A model generated the notes under the pieces. The model searched no databases. It had not been told where the DNA came from and worked only from the letters and a program-made list of their open reading frames with translations. From Girardia tigrina (Eukaryota), in the NCBI GenBank assembly GCA_001938485.1, contig MQRK01248900.1, forward strand, positions 146,706 through 199,836: a stretch of 53,131 bases of DNA. The letters run 5' to 3'. Positions within the stretch are counted from its first letter, which is position 1; each line of letters begins with the position of its first letter. The position numbers and the translations under genes are program-made. This document shows, one piece after another, positions 50,131 to 53,131 of the stretch.

Positions 50131-52258
50131 TATTGGGTAATCGAAAATGTTTTTGTTAATAACTTTAAACAAGCTTTCAAATAATTGTCTTAATCCTTTT
50201 CAAATGGTTCTTCCAACTTTGTAATGAATATATTAATTTGATTAACTCTCTCTTGAGGTTTCAATTCAAATGAATCTCGTCGGAGATTAGTTTTCCAATA
50301 TTAATAATAGTAATAAGTCAAAGGAATTCTGCTTAAAAACTTTATTCAATTGAATCACAAAATTCTTCCGAATAATACAACGTATAAATAACTATGGAGG
50401 ATTCCAAAATATTTTGTAAATCTTCTATTAATAATTTTACCTTTGAAATATATGACTTTTCTATTAAAAAATTTCTTTCTTATTACGTTTACTATTCTTG
50501 CGTTTTGCGTTCCTTTATTCTTTAAGTTTTGGGGCATTTATACCAGTTTTGATTATATAAAAAAATAGTTAAATAAAAATTTTAATTAGTTTAATGTTAA
50601 AATAAAATTTAGAAAATTTGAAATTTTTTAATGATTATGTAAATTTGTTTTTCTGGGCTCAATTGCCCATTTATTTCGACATTTAAATCGACAAACCCTC
50701 CAAACTAATCCCAGCATATTTGCTGATGGATTAGGGCATAATTGCCCGTTTTTATCTTATAAATTATTTGGGCATAATTGCCCAATTCATTTTTTATTCA
50801 AAAATCACGAAAGATTTTTATTTTTTATATTGTGATTTTTTATATTATATATTTTTTTATTTGTTTTTTTTATATATGAAATAATAATATTAATAATAAT
50901 GATTGTAGTAAAAATAACGTTAATAATAATAGTAATTTTAATAATAATAATAATAATAATATATTAATAATCATAAAAATACTAATAATATTAATAAATA
51001 ATAATGATTAGAAAAAAATAAAGATAATAATAATAAATTAATTATTTCCCAAGCCTTTAACGGCTTTTTCTAACCGACACAGGCGTGCCCCCTTAATGAA
51101 CGGGCCCCTGCGAGGGAGGAAAAACTCGTTGACAAGGAGCTAAATAAAATAATAATAATTTTAATAATAATAATTGTTTCATATTAATTTTAATAAAATA
51201 TAATAGTAATAAAATATAATAACATAAAATATAACAATAAAATATAATAAAATATATAATATAAATATATAATATAAAATATATAATATAAATATATAAT
51301 AAGTAATAAAATATAACAATAAATCTAATTATAATAATAAAAAATAAAAAATTAAATAATAATAATATAATAATAATGAAATAGTCATAATTTTAATATA
51401 ATAAATAATATTATTAATATTGGTAATATTGCTTATACTGTTACAAATTATCCCTATTAACAACCTTGAGTCCCTGAGCACTAGCCCAAACAAAAAGGAA
51501 GTTACAAAGGGACTGATCAACACATTTTATTTTAATTTTAATTGTTTATTTTTTAGAATTTATTTTTAGGATTATGAGGAGTTAGTTTAAATATAAGTTT
51601 CGCCAAAATAATTTATTATTTTTTTGATTTGAAAATTTAAAAGAAATAAATTAAAAAATTAAAATGTAGAGTAAAAATATGATAAATAAATACTTATTTA
51701 AAATATGTTTACAGTAATAACAATTGATATATTTTGATAAAAGTTATGAAATAAGTTTAAATAAATTTAAAATAAATAATTAACGGATCAATATTTCAGA
51801 AATAATTTTTAAACAAAAGGGTCTATTGTATATTTAAATTAATTATTTTTTTATGATAGTTTCATAGAAAAATGTAAAATAATTTAAGATTTAGATTTTG
51901 AAATATTTTTAGTAAAAAATGTAAATATAATTTGAAGTTTAATTTGAAAAATGAAGAATAATTTAAAATTTAAATTTTGTAAAAATTTCGTAAAAAAATG
52001 TTATTATAAATAATTAATATAACAATTTAACAATGATAATATAATGATAATATAACAATAAATTATAATTCAATATAAATGAAAAAAAAACATTCGGGAT
52101 TGGAGAAAGTCGAAAATTTTTTTAAACGTAATGCCGAAAAAAAGAAAACAAAAAGAGGGGGATTTTCACATTGACTCAATTTAGAAAAGGCCGTTAAAAA
52201 GAATGTAATTGAGAAAATGGAGAAAGGGTTTAAAGTTTCTACAATTAATATTAGATTA

Positions 52259-53131
52259 TTGGGTGTATAACTAATTAATTTCGTATTATTTTGGTAAAAA
52301 AACCATTTATTTAAGTATAAAAGTGAAAAAATATTTTATTCAAAATATTGTCCATCGGAAGCGGCAACTTTTTCCCATCTGTCAGGCAATTTATGGATTC
52401 CATCCCAAAAAAACTTCTCATCTTTTGCGCCGAGAAAGCCATCAAGCCATTTTTTAATACCTTCAACATTGGTGAACCGTATTCCAGAAAGGTGATTCTG
52501 TATCGACCGAAACAAGTGATAATCAGAAGGAGCTATGTCTGGGCTATAAGGCGGGGGAGGTAGAATTTCCCATCCGGCATTTTCCAAATAATTTTTCACC
52601 GGTACTGCAACATGTGGCCGAGCATTGTCATGATGGAAAATCAATTTTTCGTGTCTGGTCGCCCATTCTGGCCGTTTATCGGCTATTGCTTGCTTCAAAC
52701 GTATCAATTGTTGCCTGTATAGCTCTCCCGTGATCGTCTGGCCCGATTTTAACAGCTCATAGTACAGCACACCCTTCTGATCCCACCAAATACAGAGCAT
52801 TACCTCCAAACTATGGTGTCGATTTGGCTGGTTGGCCTGGCTTCACATATGATCTTTTACGCTTTGGGTTGTCGTAATGAATCCACTTTTCATCGCCAGT
52901 GACAATACGATGTAAAAAACGGTTTCTTTTTGTGGCGATTAAGCAGCATTTCAGACATGCAAAATCGTCTCTCAACGTCTCTCGGCTTCAATTCGTGTGG
53001 CACCCAATTTCTTTGTTTCTGAATGTATCCAGCTGCTTTTAAACGTTTAGAAATGGCTTGTTGAGTGACTTCCAATGTTTTTCCAAGTTCTTCTTGAGTT
53101 TGACATGGATCTTGATCGAGTAATGCCTCCA
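52259..53131 (-). mobile_element. Mariner, mauritiana/Mos1-like, running off the right edge, frameshifted
   Basis: TA plus TIR start TTGGGTGTATAACT at 52259. Motifs WVPHEL, VTGDEKW, HDNARPH, YSPDIAPSDYHLF and RWEKVAASDGQYFE*. Confidence 0.95.

Overview
AT-rich animal (invertebrate) genomic scaffold with three N-gaps. The composition, dense mariner/Tc1 load and NeSL/R5-type retroelement suggest a planarian-like flatworm, but that is inference only. There are two host genes, both on the + strand. (1) The last three coding exons of an ELK-subfamily (Kv12/KCNH8-like) K+ channel at 16116-16330, 23065-23321 and 38377-38968, with phase-compatible GT-AG junctions and introns of 6.7 and 15.1 kb. The ORF track misses the first exon, and 1-16115 is probably another >16 kb intron. 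(2) A compact two-exon hnRNP A/B (A1-like) gene at 45864-46844. Most of the rest is decayed transposable elements: about 11 mariner copies or relics of several subfamilies, two Tc1 elements (one with a spliceosomal intron, inserted in a (TAT)n tract), Tc5/pogo-like, hAT and piggyBac/MULE-type MITEs, two non-autonomous Helitrons, Gypsy relics, a Penelope relic with a minimal hammerhead-ribozyme fold, and the 3' end of an RLE-type non-LTR retrotransposon followed by a 115-bp tandem duplication with a tRNA-like junction. The most unusual non-coding signal is a helically phased array of six RFX X-box palindromes (21-bp period, variable spacers) at 9355-9472. I found no CRISPR array, rRNA or intact tRNA, and no clear multi-gene novel system. 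The best candidates for something undescribed are the X-box array and the retroelement target junction.
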